Under the pieces are notes generated by a model. It saw only the letters and a program-made list of their open reading frames with translations. It did no database searches and was not told the origin of the DNA. Of a stretch of DNA of 64,000 nucleotides, positions 39,396 to 52,772 are shown piece after piece; the first letter of the stretch is position 1; each line of letters starts with the position of its first letter. The DNA is from Nannocystis bainbridge. GTDB taxonomy: Bacteria; Myxococcota_A; Polyangia; Nannocystales; Nannocystaceae. The stretch covers positions 640,001-704,000 of the forward strand of contig NZ_JAQNDL010000005.1 of the NCBI RefSeq assembly GCF_028368995.1. The letters are read 5' to 3'. The position numbers were made by a program, and so were the translations under genes.

Positions 39396-40348
39396 GATTC
39401 ACCCTCCCTCTTGCGATTCGCAACCCTTGCGACCGAGGCTCCATTAGTACGTCTGCCCTCTCCTCGAGGCTCTCGATCTCCAGCGAGCGCCTGACGCATA
39501 TTTGAATACAACGCTCTGATCTGATAGATAATTCCACAGCTCTTAAGTTCCTCATCAAAGGATTCGTCCTGAACCTCAATAATAGCTGGGTTACCTTTGC
39601 GCAGTTCCTTTTTCTGAACACGAGCCCCAGCTCGCTCCCTCACAAAGATTTGAGCATCGTCGCCAGTAGAGGCGACCGAGCGAATCGTTTTTTCTACATT
39701 TTCGCGCTTAAGATCCTTTCCCTCTAGAACGACAGTTCCACGCTCAGCGGCGAGCCCCTCTGTCATCCTCTGAACAGGCTCAATAAAGTCCCTATCAACA
39801 TCAAACGCATTTGGTCGCCTAAAGGTGGCTCGAAGCCGAGTAATCTGGTGCGCATTATAGATAATATCAATCAACGACTCCGGGTTAATTATGAGCGTCA
39901 GCTCAATATTAAGCGGCACATGCGGGAACTCTCTTTTCGCTGCCGCATTAACAATTCGAGCAAGCGCAAGCGCCACCACTTCCGTCGAGGCCGCCAACTG
40001 AATATTACTCGCAATGGCGCACAGCTCCCCAGGCACATCGACCAAAACGTGAGTCCATGGCGCGCTTTCAATATTCTCCGTGCCAAATCCTTTTTCGCCT
40101 TGGAGCGGCAGGACCAAACTTTTGTTTCTCCCAATTCGCAAATAGATGCAGCCAGAATCCGCCAGGCCATTAACGTTTCCTATCCTCCAGCCTCGCGACT
40201 TGGGTCCCCTTGGATTGGAACTATTAAAGATGGCATTTTCGACTACGCGAGGGCGAAGCTGCATCCATTCGTTCTCCTCCATTGGCATTTCTTCGATATG
40301 CAGTTGAGGATCGCGAAATATTTGAATTCGAAAGAGGTAGAAGCGCAT
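39392..40348 (-). CDS. hypothetical soluble protein, DUF4747-like, in low-GC island
   Basis: 318-aa ORF in AT-richer DNA; ITRLRATFRRPN segment is reminiscent of DUF4747. Confidence 0.65.
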   Translation of the reverse strand: MRFYLFRIQIFRDPQLHIEEMPMEENEWMQLRPRVVENAIFNSSNPRGPKSRGWRIGNVNGLADSGCIYLRIGRNKSLVLPLQGEKGFGTENIESAPWTHVLVDVPGELCAIASNIQLAASTEVVALALARIVNAAAKREFPHVPLNIELTLIINPESLIDIIYNAHQITRLRATFRRPNAFDVDRDFIEPVQRMTEGLAAERGTVVLEGKDLKRENVEKTIRSVASTGDDAQIFVRERAGARVQKKELRKGNPAIIEVQDESFDEELKSCGIIYQIRALYSNMRQALAGDREPRGEGRRTNGASVARVANRKREGES

Positions 40349-40500
40349 GGGGCTGCGTTATCGTACCAAATTACTCGCAAGCAAGCGCAGCTCGAAGTCG
40401 CAAGGGCGGCTTCTTGAGCGAAAATGCACGCTCCGAGCCGCTGGTGTCACCACCGACGGGCTCGCCCGGTCGATTCCGCGCTATCCCATGTGCCCGCGAC

Positions 40501-41151
40501 TTGCGGCGCGTCGCGGTTGTATGGGAAACCACAGCCCGGCGCGTGCGCGGCGATCCGACCACCAGACGGCCCAATCCACGCAGTCGAGCGAGCGTCTCGC
40601 CGGCGACGCGCTCGGTGCTGGCGGTGTGCTGCGGCAGCCTCGCCGGCGCCGTGTTCGAGCTCGGCGCCGCCACCACGCTGGTCGGCCGCGGGCCAGGCGT
40701 CGACCTCGTCATCCCGGATCGCGGCGTGTCGCGCAAGCACCTCAAGCTGCTGCGAGGCATCGACCACGGGTTCATGGCCGTCGATCTCGGATCGACCAAT
40801 GGCACGCGGGTCAACGACCTCCCGGTCGAGCTGGTCGCGCTGCGCCACGGCGACCGCATCGGCCTCGGCCCCGACGTGGTGCTGTCGTTCGAGGTCGCGG
40901 GCTCGCCGGAGCTGCAGCGCGTGATGGAACAGGCGCAGGCGCGGCAGGCCGTCGCGGCGCTCAGCGAGCGCGAGGTCGAGGTCGCCCGGCTGGTCGCCGA
41001 GGGTCTCACCAATCAGGCGATCGCCACCCGCCTCGGGATCCGCCCGCGCACCGTCGCCAGCCACCTCGAGCACGTGTACACGCGCCTCGACATCCACTCG
41101 CGCGCCGAGCTGGCGCGGCGGATGGCCGAGGCGGGTCTGCTCGATCGCTGA
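40501..41151 (+). CDS. FHA domain - LuxR HTH transcriptional regulator
   Basis: VGRG..VSRKH..DLGSTNGT FHA core; LSEREVEVARLVAEGLTNQAIA..TVASH HTH; start uncertain. Confidence 0.88.
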   Translation: MRRVAVVWETTARRVRGDPTTRRPNPRSRASVSPATRSVLAVCCGSLAGAVFELGAATTLVGRGPGVDLVIPDRGVSRKHLKLLRGIDHGFMAVDLGSTNGTRVNDLPVELVALRHGDRIGLGPDVVLSFEVAGSPELQRVMEQAQARQAVAALSEREVEVARLVAEGLTNQAIATRLGIRPRTVASHLEHVYTRLDIHSRAELARRMAEAGLLDR

Positions 41152-41350
41152 GGCGCGCGCTCGCCCCGGCGAGACGACCGGGATCGGCGTGCGACCCGTG
41201 CCCGCAGGCGCGCTTCCATCGGCAGGATGACCGGGTCGCCGTCCCCGAGTCGGCGCCGCCCCTCCGCTGTTCGATCGATGTCGCGGCGATCCGCGACGGC
41301 TAGGTTCGCGGCGCCGGACGAGGACCACGGGCCCGGCGGGATACCGGTTC

Positions 41351-42643
41351 ATGCACACCTCTCACGTCGAACTCTTCACGCGGCGCTCGGCCGCCTCCAT
41401 CCTCTCCAGCCTGCTGCTCGGCGCGGCGCTGATCGCCCAGGGTTGCGGCGGCGGCGGCAAGTCGGGCGCGCCCGAAGCGTCGCCCGCGGACCAGTTCTGC
41501 GGCTCGCTGTCCGAGTACATCAACGCCTGCGCGGCCGCGGCGAACCCCTGCGACCAGGCCATGGTCGACGATTGTGCCAGCGTCGTCGGCCTCGTCAGCG
41601 ACGGCTTCCTGCGCACCGCGAGCGACTGCATCCAGGGCGGCGGCTCGCCGATCACCTGCCTCGCCGGCGCCATCGGCGGGCTGGCGCCGAGCGCCGCGCA
41701 CGAGGCCTTCGTCGCCCAGTTCTGCGACGAATGTGCGTTCGGCATCGGCGGCTGCGAGGACGTGCTGCTCGGCCGCTCCGAGGGCCCGCCCGAGCTCAAG
41801 GCCGCCAGCGCGCTGGTCCTCCCGCTCGGCGACAGCCTCGTCGACGCGCTCAGGGCCGACTGCGCGAGCGGCCTCGGTTGCCTCGCCACCTTCCCTCAAT
41901 GCGCGCAGAAGGTGCTGGCCCAGCAGGTCATCCCCGAGAACACCCTGCAGTGCCTGCTCGACGGCCTCAGCGGCAAGACGCCGGACGCAGCACCTGTCCC
42001 CGAGGACAGCGCGAGCGCGTGCGGCCTGTCCGGCGGCGAGACCATGGGCGGCCCCGGCTGGACCACCCTGGGCACCGGCAGCGCCAGCGCCTCGGAGGCC
42101 ACGAGCATCAGCGACACCGGCGAGACCGACACCAGTCACAGCACCGACCCTGGCACGACGGAGGGCGAGACCACCGGCACCACCGGCACCACCGGCACCA
42201 CGGGCACCACCGACGGCGACGTGTCGACCACCGCCAGCCCGAGCACCACCACCGGCGACAACCCCGACATGGGCTCGACCGACACCGACGGCTGGGACCA
42301 ACTGTGCGCCGGCCCGTTCAGCGAGCACTCCGAGTGCAGCGCCGGCGGCCCGCTGCCCGAACCATGCACCTGGTGCACCGGCCTGGTCTGCAACTACATC
42401 GACGCGTTCTGCTGCGACTCGCTGTGGGACGACCAGTGCGTGGCGCACGCGAACGAGCGCTGCTCGATGTCCTGCGGCGCGGGCACGCAGCTGTGCGCCC
42501 ACAGCCCGTGCGAGGCCGGGGCGGCGCTGACCCGCGCGTGCTCCGATTGCGTGATGGCCGTGTGCGACAGCCGGCCGGCGTGCTGCGACGTCGCGTGGGA
42601 CGACGAATGCGCGTCGATGGCCTCGGCTTGTGGGATCTGCTGA
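41351..42643 (+). CDS. Cys-rich lipoprotein with T/G linker and two C-terminal Cys repeats
   Basis: Lipobox AQGC; two H..C..G..L...C..C...VC...CC...WDD.C units. Confidence 0.75.
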   Translation: MHTSHVELFTRRSAASILSSLLLGAALIAQGCGGGGKSGAPEASPADQFCGSLSEYINACAAAANPCDQAMVDDCASVVGLVSDGFLRTASDCIQGGGSPITCLAGAIGGLAPSAAHEAFVAQFCDECAFGIGGCEDVLLGRSEGPPELKAASALVLPLGDSLVDALRADCASGLGCLATFPQCAQKVLAQQVIPENTLQCLLDGLSGKTPDAAPVPEDSASACGLSGGETMGGPGWTTLGTGSASASEATSISDTGETDTSHSTDPGTTEGETTGTTGTTGTTGTTDGDVSTTASPSTTTGDNPDMGSTDTDGWDQLCAGPFSEHSECSAGGPLPEPCTWCTGLVCNYIDAFCCDSLWDDQCVAHANERCSMSCGAGTQLCAHSPCEAGAALTRACSDCVMAVCDSRPACCDVAWDDECASMASACGIC

Positions 42644-42646
42644 CGC

Positions 42647-45547
<2,901 letters not shown>

Positions 45548-45734
45548 GCCGGCGCTCCAGCCGGCCCGCGAATCATTACCCCATACTCCTATCATTCGCT
45601 CGCGTACCCTCGCCCGCGAGCGGCGCACGCATCGTACATCCTCGGCGTCTTGACACGGCCATGCATGATGGCTCGCCGTTGCCACGATTCCCGTCATCGC
45701 CATGCATCTCTCTCCTCCGTCAGGACCTCAGCCT

Positions 45735-46256
45735 ATGCGTCATCGCCTGACCTACCTCCGCGCCCTGTGCCTCGGCCTGCTCGCGGCCGCGGCGATCGTC
45801 CTCATCCTCGTCGCCGCGAGCGGCAACAACGACGAGCGGCTCGATTGGCTGGTCCTGCTCCCGCTGCTCGCGCTGCTCGGCGTGGCCGTGTTCACCCCGA
45901 GCGCCGGCTGGCCGCGCCGACTGGTCCGCGGCGCGCTCGGCTTCGCCGTCGCCGCGGCCGCGGGGTTCGCCACCTTCGCCGGCCTCGACGCGCTGACCGA
46001 CTGGTTCCACGGCCTGGACCGCGACCTCTTCGTCCTCGCCCTCGTCGTGCTCCACGCGGCCATCCCCGGCGGCATCGCGGCCGCGGCCGACTCGCTGGGC
46101 CGCGGCCTCGCGCTCGCCGGCGGCCTCACGCTCGGCCTCGGCCTCGCCTCCAGGCTCGCGGGCAACGCCCACCCCGGCTACATGATCCTCATCGCCGTCG
46201 GCACCCTCACCGGCGCGCTCGTCAACGCCCTCGATCGCCGCCAGCGCTCGCAGTGA
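45735..46256 (+). CDS. hypothetical integral membrane protein
   Basis: About 6 hydrophobic helices; host-like codon usage. Confidence 0.65.
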   Translation: MRHRLTYLRALCLGLLAAAAIVLILVAASGNNDERLDWLVLLPLLALLGVAVFTPSAGWPRRLVRGALGFAVAAAAGFATFAGLDALTDWFHGLDRDLFVLALVVLHAAIPGGIAAAADSLGRGLALAGGLTLGLGLASRLAGNAHPGYMILIAVGTLTGALVNALDRRQRSQ

Positions 46257-46347
46257 CACGCACCGCGACACTGTGGACTCCCCGGAAACACTGCCTGTCC
46301 TCGCACCTGGCTACCCCTGCGCTGCCATCGGCCCCATCGTTCAGGCC

Positions 46348-47376
46348 ATGCAGCGTCGTCGTCCCTCGCCCGCCCTCCTCGCCCTCTTCGTCGCCGGTTG
46401 CGGCGGCGCCAGCACTGAGCAGCCGACCCAGACCTTCCGCGCCTGTGACGGCGCCCCCACCTTCGTCGAGCCCAACCCTGCCTACGCCTGGACCCCCAAC
46501 GCGATCCGCCTCGTCTCCGAGGAGCTCGCGCCTGGCGTGTTCGCCATCTACGACCGCGACGCCGCCGAGCACGGCCCTGCCGGCATCCCCCTGGCCACCA
46601 GCGGCGGCTTCGTCATCGGCGACGACGGCGTGCTCATGGTCGAGAGCATGATCAATCGCCAGCTGTTCTGTCAGGCCGTCGCTCTGGTCCAGGCCGAGAC
46701 CGACACGCCGATCCGCTACGTCGTCAACACCAGCAGCCACGGCGACCACACCTTCGGCAACACATTCCTTCCCGACGATGTCCAGGTCGTCCAGCACACC
46801 AAGACCGCCGACGACATCGCCGCCCACTTCGACGCCGACGTCGCGTTCATGGAGGCCAACTTCGGCGAGGACCAGGGCATCGAGGAGATCGAGCCGGTGA
46901 GCGCCGACGTCCGCGTCGACGACGGCGGCTGGTCGGTCGACCTCGGCGGCGTCACCGTCGAGGCCCGTCACTACGGCTTCGCTCAGACCCATGGCGACCT
47001 GTTCGTCTACGTACCTGACTCCAAGGTCATGTGGACCGGCAACGCCTTTGTCACCGAGGAGCCTGGCATCCCGTGGCTGCTCGCCGGCAACGGCGCCGCC
47101 GCCGAGGTCACCCTCGCCGCCGTGCGCGACTCGCTGCCGGCCGACGCCATCGTCGTGCCCGGCCACGGTCGCCCGCTCACGCCCGCGGCCATGAACTTCT
47201 CGATCGACTACCTGCGCGCCATGATCGGCGGGGTCGAGACCGCCGTCGCCGACGGCCTCGATCTCGAGGCCACCGTCGCGGCCGTCGCCCTGCCCGACTA
47301 TCAGGGCTATGCCCTGTGGGACTGGATTCACAAGCAGGTCAACGTGCCCGGCACCTACGCCGAGCTCAACCCGTGA
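46348..47376 (+). CDS. MBL-fold metallo-hydrolase lipoprotein
   Basis: Lipobox VAGC; VVNTSSHGDHTFGN and VVPGHG, with some metal ligands degenerate. Confidence 0.85.
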   Translation: MQRRRPSPALLALFVAGCGGASTEQPTQTFRACDGAPTFVEPNPAYAWTPNAIRLVSEELAPGVFAIYDRDAAEHGPAGIPLATSGGFVIGDDGVLMVESMINRQLFCQAVALVQAETDTPIRYVVNTSSHGDHTFGNTFLPDDVQVVQHTKTADDIAAHFDADVAFMEANFGEDQGIEEIEPVSADVRVDDGGWSVDLGGVTVEARHYGFAQTHGDLFVYVPDSKVMWTGNAFVTEEPGIPWLLAGNGAAAEVTLAAVRDSLPADAIVVPGHGRPLTPAAMNFSIDYLRAMIGGVETAVADGLDLEATVAAVALPDYQGYALWDWIHKQVNVPGTYAELNP

Positions 47377-48271
47377 GCCCGGCCCACGGCGGCTCGCGCA
47401 TGCGCTCGACCAGAAAATCGACGAGCGCCCGCGTCTTCGCCGGCACCCGCGGCGTCGGCGGGTACACGGCGAACACCCCCGTCGGCCAGTGCCACGCCGG
47501 CAGCACCCGCTGCAGCCGACCCGCGCGCAGCTCGGCCGCCGCCAGCAGCACCGGCACGAACACCACCCCGAGCCCCTGCGCCGCCGCCTCGACCAGCATC
47601 GACCCGTGATTGGCGACCATGTGGCCCGTCACGTCGACCTCGACCACCCCGCGCGGCCCCTGCACCTTCCACCGCCCCGGCGCCGCGTGGTGGGCGTAAC
47701 GCAGGCACTCGTGCTGCGCCAGCGCCTCCGGCTCGAGCGGCGTCCCGGCCCGCTCGAGGTAGCGCGGACTGGCCAGCACGATCCGGTCGGTGTTCGCCAG
47801 TCGGCGCGCGATCAGCCGCGCGTCGCCGAGCTCGCCGATCCGCAGCGCCACGTCGAAGCCCTCGCCGATCAGGTCGACCTGGCGATCGAGGAACACCAGC
47901 TCGAGCGACAGCTCGGGGTAGCGCGCCTTGAACTCGGCCAGCACGCCCATCGCTAGCAGCGAGCCGAACGCGTTCGGCACCGTCATTCGCAGCGTCCCTC
48001 GCGGCGCGCTCTGCTGCTCGGCCGCCAGCAGCTCGGCCTCCTCGAGCCCGCGGATCGCCTCGGTGCAGCGCTCGTAGTAGGCACGCCCCAGCTCCGTCAG
48101 CGTCAGCTTGCGCGTGGTCCGGATCAGCAGCCGCGCCCCCAGCCGCTCCTCGAGCCGCGTCACCAGCTTGCTCGCGTACGAGGTCGTGATCCCCAGCCGC
48201 CGCGCCGCCGCCGTGAGGCTGCCGTCCTCGACCACCCGCACGAACACCTCGGCCTCGAAGAGGCGATTCAT
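47366..48271 (-). CDS. LysR family regulator (CrgA/DmlR-like)
   Basis: GSLTAAARRL, LEERLGARLLIRTTRKLTLTE, DLIGEGFDVALRIG. Confidence 0.95.
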   Translation of the reverse strand: MNRLFEAEVFVRVVEDGSLTAAARRLGITTSYASKLVTRLEERLGARLLIRTTRKLTLTELGRAYYERCTEAIRGLEEAELLAAEQQSAPRGTLRMTVPNAFGSLLAMGVLAEFKARYPELSLELVFLDRQVDLIGEGFDVALRIGELGDARLIARRLANTDRIVLASPRYLERAGTPLEPEALAQHECLRYAHHAAPGRWKVQGPRGVVEVDVTGHMVANHGSMLVEAAAQGLGVVFVPVLLAAAELRAGRLQRVLPAWHWPTGVFAVYPPTPRVPAKTRALVDFLVERMREPPWAGLTG

Positions 48272-48330
48272 GCGTGCAGCCTATCAGCGCGCCGAATTCC
48301 GCGCGAGCGGCCGCGTCCGCGTGCAGGCCC

Positions 48331-49395
48331 TCACTTCTTGCCCTTCGCCGGTGCCCCCACCTTGTCGCCCTTGAGGAACGTGTAGTCCTTGCGCGGCGCC
48401 GCGGCCCCGTCGCGGGTCACGATCGCCTCGGCGAACACCGCCTCGACGCCCCAGCTCTTCTCGAACCGCGGCCCGTCCTGCAGCTGCACGTGCAGATGCG
48501 GCTCGCTCGAGTTACCGCTGTTGCCGCACGCGCCGAGCAGCTGCCCGCGGCGGACCTTGCTGCCCGGCTTGACCTTGATGCTGCCGGGCAGCAAATGCGC
48601 ATAGGCCGAGTGGACCTCGCCCTCGTGGCGAATCACCACCATGTTACCGGGCGCCATGTACGGGTTGAGCTCGCCGATCGGGCTGTCGGGCACGCCGTCG
48701 ATCACCGTGACCACCACCCCGTCGGCCATCGCCAGGATGTCCTGGCCGTACGCATAATAATCAGTGAGCGCGCGGCCGTCGCCCTTGTGCGACTTGCCGG
48801 CCGCGTCGACGACCACCAGGTCGGCGGCGCGTCGCTGCGACGGGTGATCGATGTGGTGGTTGAGCTCCTTGCGATCGCCGCCCCAGAACACCAGCCATTC
48901 GCCGCGGAACGGCAGGCCCAGCGGCGCGCTGCGGACCAGCGGCGGCGCCGAATCCTCGGGCTCGCGCACCAGCATCCCGGCGATCTTGCCCTGCTCGTCG
49001 AGGTTCACCTGCAGCTCCCACTCGCCGCGCTCGGCGATCAGGCGAAAGCGACCGCTGCGCTCGCCGGCCTCGATCGGCGCGACCCCGGTGATGCGGCCGC
49101 GGGCGGCCACCAGCGAGGCGAACATCGGCTCGACCTGCGCCAGCGGGACCGCCTGCTGCATGTCGCGCGAGAAGCGGGCGAACAAGCCCTCGCCGTCGCC
49201 GGCGTTGATCCACTGTACGACCTCGGCCGCGGTCGAGCTCGCTGTCACCGCCGTGGCCGCCGGCTCCACGGGCGCGGGGCCGGGCGCAGGCGCGGCCGCG
49301 GCCACGGGCTCCGGGCAGATCGTCGCCGGCGCGGGCGCGCAGCCGATCGTGGTCATCAGGAGCGTGGTGACGAGCAGGCGCGCGAGCGAACCCAT
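48331..49395 (-). CDS. M23 family peptidase lipoprotein with N-terminal DUF3887-like domain
   Basis: GNMVVIRH, YAHL, GNSGNSSEPHLH. Confidence 0.88.
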   Translation of the reverse strand: MGSLARLLVTTLLMTTIGCAPAPATICPEPVAAAAPAPGPAPVEPAATAVTASSTAAEVVQWINAGDGEGLFARFSRDMQQAVPLAQVEPMFASLVAARGRITGVAPIEAGERSGRFRLIAERGEWELQVNLDEQGKIAGMLVREPEDSAPPLVRSAPLGLPFRGEWLVFWGGDRKELNHHIDHPSQRRAADLVVVDAAGKSHKGDGRALTDYYAYGQDILAMADGVVVTVIDGVPDSPIGELNPYMAPGNMVVIRHEGEVHSAYAHLLPGSIKVKPGSKVRRGQLLGACGNSGNSSEPHLHVQLQDGPRFEKSWGVEAVFAEAIVTRDGAAAPRKDYTFLKGDKVGAPAKGKK

Positions 49396-49547
49396 GGCCG
49401 ACATCAAACACCGACGCGCGCGCCCGGGCAAGCGGTTTTACGCGCCCGGCGCACCGACCCGCGGCCTGGCGGTCCGCCCCCGATTCGAGCTGTCCCTCGC
49501 ACCATGCCCTTCAGGACATGCCCTTCGGGACACCTCACGGCCATGGT

Positions 49548-51452
49548 TCAGCCCGGCGGGATCACCAGGTCCGTCAGCGCGATCGCGTTGCCGCCGGCCG
49601 GGTAAGCGTACGACGAATAGCTGTCGAGGCCCCACACCACCAGGCCGAACTTGCCCTCGCTCTCGGCGGTCTGCTGGCCGTTGGTGCAGCCACCCACCCC
49701 GACGTCGGCGCGGATCAGATCGACGGTCGTGACCTCGAAGCGGCCGTCGCCGCCGACCGGCTGCCAGCCGCCGATCGTGCCGAGGCAACCGACCGTGACA
49801 TCTTTAAAACCGTCGCCGTCGTCGACGCGCGTGACCACCAGGTTCGTGGTCGCGAACGACGGGTCGGTGAAGAAGATGTATTCCTGGAGGAACTGCGCCG
49901 GCGGCAGCAAGATCACCCACTCCTCGTCGCCGAGCAATTGCTGGAACCCCATCGCCGTCGCGCCCGGCCGCGTCCCGCCGGGCAGGTTGCAGGTGTCCAT
50001 GACTTGCGACAACACGAACGGGTGGTCCTCGTCCTGGCTGCGGATCTGGAACGAGCCGGTGGCCGCGAAGTCGACCACCTGCCCCTGCGCCAGGCTGGCC
50101 GGGGCGCCTGGCACCGGCGGGTCGTACGTCAGCGTCGTGCCGTCGACCGCCCCGACCACCCGGTACTCGATCTCTTCCGGCGCCAGATCGGCGCGGCGCG
50201 TCTCGTAGGCGCCGGCCACGTATTCGTAGCCGAGCGCGGTGACGGCGTGGTTCTGCTGATGCGTCGCCTCGCCGCCCGGGGCCATCATCGGCTGCAGGCG
50301 CAGGAACCGGTTGCCGGTGTGCAGCGCCACCGGCTTGTCGCTGAGAATCAGCGTACCCGACGCATCGCCGGCCCCGGCCCCGACCTCCCATTGCACATAC
50401 TCGCCGGCATTGACCGTGAACGCCTTGACCACGTCCTTCGCCGCGCCCTCGAGGTCCGGCCCCGGCTCGAGGTCGGCCGTCGCGCGGATCTCCACGTTCG
50501 TCCCGTCCTCCGCCCCGACCACCTGTAGCCACAGCGGCCCCGGCGGCTCGAACGTGCCCGCGGGCGGCATCACTGCCACGTAGTTGGTGCCCCACGCGCT
50601 GGTCGGGAACAGCAATTCGGCGCTCGGGATGTACGAGAAGGCGCCGCCGAACGGGGCGATGTCATAGGCCGTCAGCGGGATGTCCGAGGTCACGTGAAAG
50701 TTGAGGCCGCGGCCCGAAGCGTCGACCTGGGTCGCCGCGCCCGCGGCGTCGGGCACCGGGCAATTGAGCGACGCCATGGTCTCGGGGTGGATCGAATTGG
50801 GGTGACTCGAGAGGAACAGCACCGCGACCTCGCCGGGCGCGAGGCCGGTCGCCGCCACCGGCGGCCACTGCTCCGGCGCCTGCCCCGGCGTGACCACGCG
50901 AGCGAACGTACCGAGGTCGAACGCCGCGCCGTCACGCGACACCTCGATCTTGGCCGGGTGCCCCCAGCTATTGGTCACGAACGCCGCGAAGCACGGCGGC
51001 GTCGGCAAGAACGGCGAGGTCGGCGGCGTCGGGATCTGGAAATCGCAGCCGAAGTTGGCCTTGCTCGCGCCCGCGGCCGCACACGCCGGCACGCACGCCG
51101 CGTCGGCGCAGCCCTGATCGGTCGCGCACGTCTCGACGACCTGCCCGGCGCCGTCGACGATCGCGTGCAGGTCGGGGCTGCACTGCAGCGTCTTCGGCAA
51201 GTCGGGCGCGCCGCCGAGGTCGAAGATCGGGCCCGAGTCGCCGGTGCTCGACGTCGTCGGCGCCGAGTCGCTGCCGCTGCTGGTCGGCCCCGTCGTGCTG
51301 CCGTCGCTGCCCTCGCTGGTGGCGGTCGGCATCGTCGCGGTGGCCGTGGTGGTCGCCGAAGCGCCCGTCGTGGCGCTGTCGGCGGGTCGACCGTCGTCCC
51401 CGCAGGCGACGAGCAACGGGACCATCACCACGGCAGCGTTCAGGCGATTCAT
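49548..51452 (-). CDS. IgGFc-binding-protein-domain lipoprotein
   Basis: Lipobox LVAC; T/S linker; LLFPTSAWGTNY, SDKPVA, SYAYPAG. Confidence 0.8.
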   Translation of the reverse strand: MNRLNAAVVMVPLLVACGDDGRPADSATTGASATTTATATMPTATSEGSDGSTTGPTSSGSDSAPTTSSTGDSGPIFDLGGAPDLPKTLQCSPDLHAIVDGAGQVVETCATDQGCADAACVPACAAAGASKANFGCDFQIPTPPTSPFLPTPPCFAAFVTNSWGHPAKIEVSRDGAAFDLGTFARVVTPGQAPEQWPPVAATGLAPGEVAVLFLSSHPNSIHPETMASLNCPVPDAAGAATQVDASGRGLNFHVTSDIPLTAYDIAPFGGAFSYIPSAELLFPTSAWGTNYVAVMPPAGTFEPPGPLWLQVVGAEDGTNVEIRATADLEPGPDLEGAAKDVVKAFTVNAGEYVQWEVGAGAGDASGTLILSDKPVALHTGNRFLRLQPMMAPGGEATHQQNHAVTALGYEYVAGAYETRRADLAPEEIEYRVVGAVDGTTLTYDPPVPGAPASLAQGQVVDFAATGSFQIRSQDEDHPFVLSQVMDTCNLPGGTRPGATAMGFQQLLGDEEWVILLPPAQFLQEYIFFTDPSFATTNLVVTRVDDGDGFKDVTVGCLGTIGGWQPVGGDGRFEVTTVDLIRADVGVGGCTNGQQTAESEGKFGLVVWGLDSYSSYAYPAGGNAIALTDLVIPPG

Positions 51453-51719
51453 CGCATGCGAGTACATCGCCGCCGCGCAGGTGGTCAAGGGGCCAGCATC
51501 GGCGGGCCAGTGAACTTCGCAAGCGCGCGACGAGGGTGCGCGCGACCGCGACGCTCGCACGCGCGCCCGTGTGACTCCCGGTGCGCAACGGGCCGCACAT
51601 GGCGGGGCGCGAGCACCGGGCCGCGTATGGCTCGCGCATCGAGCAGCGCGCTGCGCCGAATTCACGTTCGCGTCACGCGCTGCATGCAGGCCGAGGCCGC
51701 CTCACGTGCCCGGCCACCA

Positions 51720-52574
51720 TCACGCGTCGCGTCGCAGGCGGGCCACGATCGCCGCCACCAGCCGCGCCAGCGCCGGCGGGTGTTCGGCGAGGTACAGCGA
51801 CGGCTCGATCAACTCCAGCTCCATGACCCGCGGCGCCCCGGCGTCGTCGCGGACCACGTCGACCCGCGCGTAGAGCAGCTGATCGGCGAGCGGCGCCAGC
51901 GCGGCCTCGGCGAGCTGGCGCTCGTCGTCGGCGATCGGCAGGGCCTCGGACACGCGCTCGTGGTCGCCGGCGAAGCGGGCGGTCTTGCGGATCGCATGCG
52001 TCAGCGCGCCGTCGATCCAGATCAACGCGCGCTCGCCGGGCTCCTCGACCGCGCGCATATACGGCTGCACCATCATGTCGCGCAGGGCGACGTCGGCGGC
52101 GAGGCGGTCCTGGCTGGCGGCAGCGGCCGCGCGATCGACCCGCCACGTGCCCAGCGAGGCGGCCGAGATGGCAGGCTTGACGACCGCGCGGTCCCACCCG
52201 CGCGCGTCGAGCAGCGCCGCCAGCCCGGGCGCCGCGCCGCGATCGAGGTGAATCGTATCGACCACCGCGACCCCGCGCGCCACCAGCCGCTCCAGATAGC
52301 GCTTGTGATAGTTGTCCTCGAGGACAGGCAGCGGATTGAACAATCGCGTGACCGCGGCGACCCGCCGGGCCCACGCCAGGAAGTCGTCCGGGTGGTGCGG
52401 GTAATTCCAGGTCGAGCGCAGCACGCACAGCGAGGCCTCGTGCCAGGCGGCCGCGGGGTCGTCCCACGCGAGCACCCGCGCCCCCACGCCGGCCTGCGCC
52501 AGGGCTGCCACCAGCAGCGCCTCGTCAGGATCGGGCTCGGGCTTGTGGAGGCAGGTGGCGATGGCGACGTGCAT
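51720..52574 (-). CDS. ATP-grasp (RimK/glutathione synthetase-like) protein
   Basis: LRSTWNY, HKRYL, VVKPAISA, MVQPY, YARVD, MELELIEPSLY. Confidence 0.88.
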   Translation of the reverse strand: MHVAIATCLHKPEPDPDEALLVAALAQAGVGARVLAWDDPAAAWHEASLCVLRSTWNYPHHPDDFLAWARRVAAVTRLFNPLPVLEDNYHKRYLERLVARGVAVVDTIHLDRGAAPGLAALLDARGWDRAVVKPAISAASLGTWRVDRAAAAASQDRLAADVALRDMMVQPYMRAVEEPGERALIWIDGALTHAIRKTARFAGDHERVSEALPIADDERQLAEAALAPLADQLLYARVDVVRDDAGAPRVMELELIEPSLYLAEHPPALARLVAAIVARLRRDA

Positions 52575-52772
52575 GGTCGGCGCAGGATAGCCGAAATCGC
52601 GCGCGAGCGGGCCTGGTCCTGTCCGCCTGCTCAGGCCGCCGCGCACCGGCCTCGCGCGGACCTCGCGGAGCGCCCGGAGGCGAGCACCGTCCCCGTCGCC
52701 AATGCTGGCAGATGTCCCAAAGGACACCTTATCTGCGGCCGGCAGGTGCACGCCCCGTCGCAGCGCCCCCGC

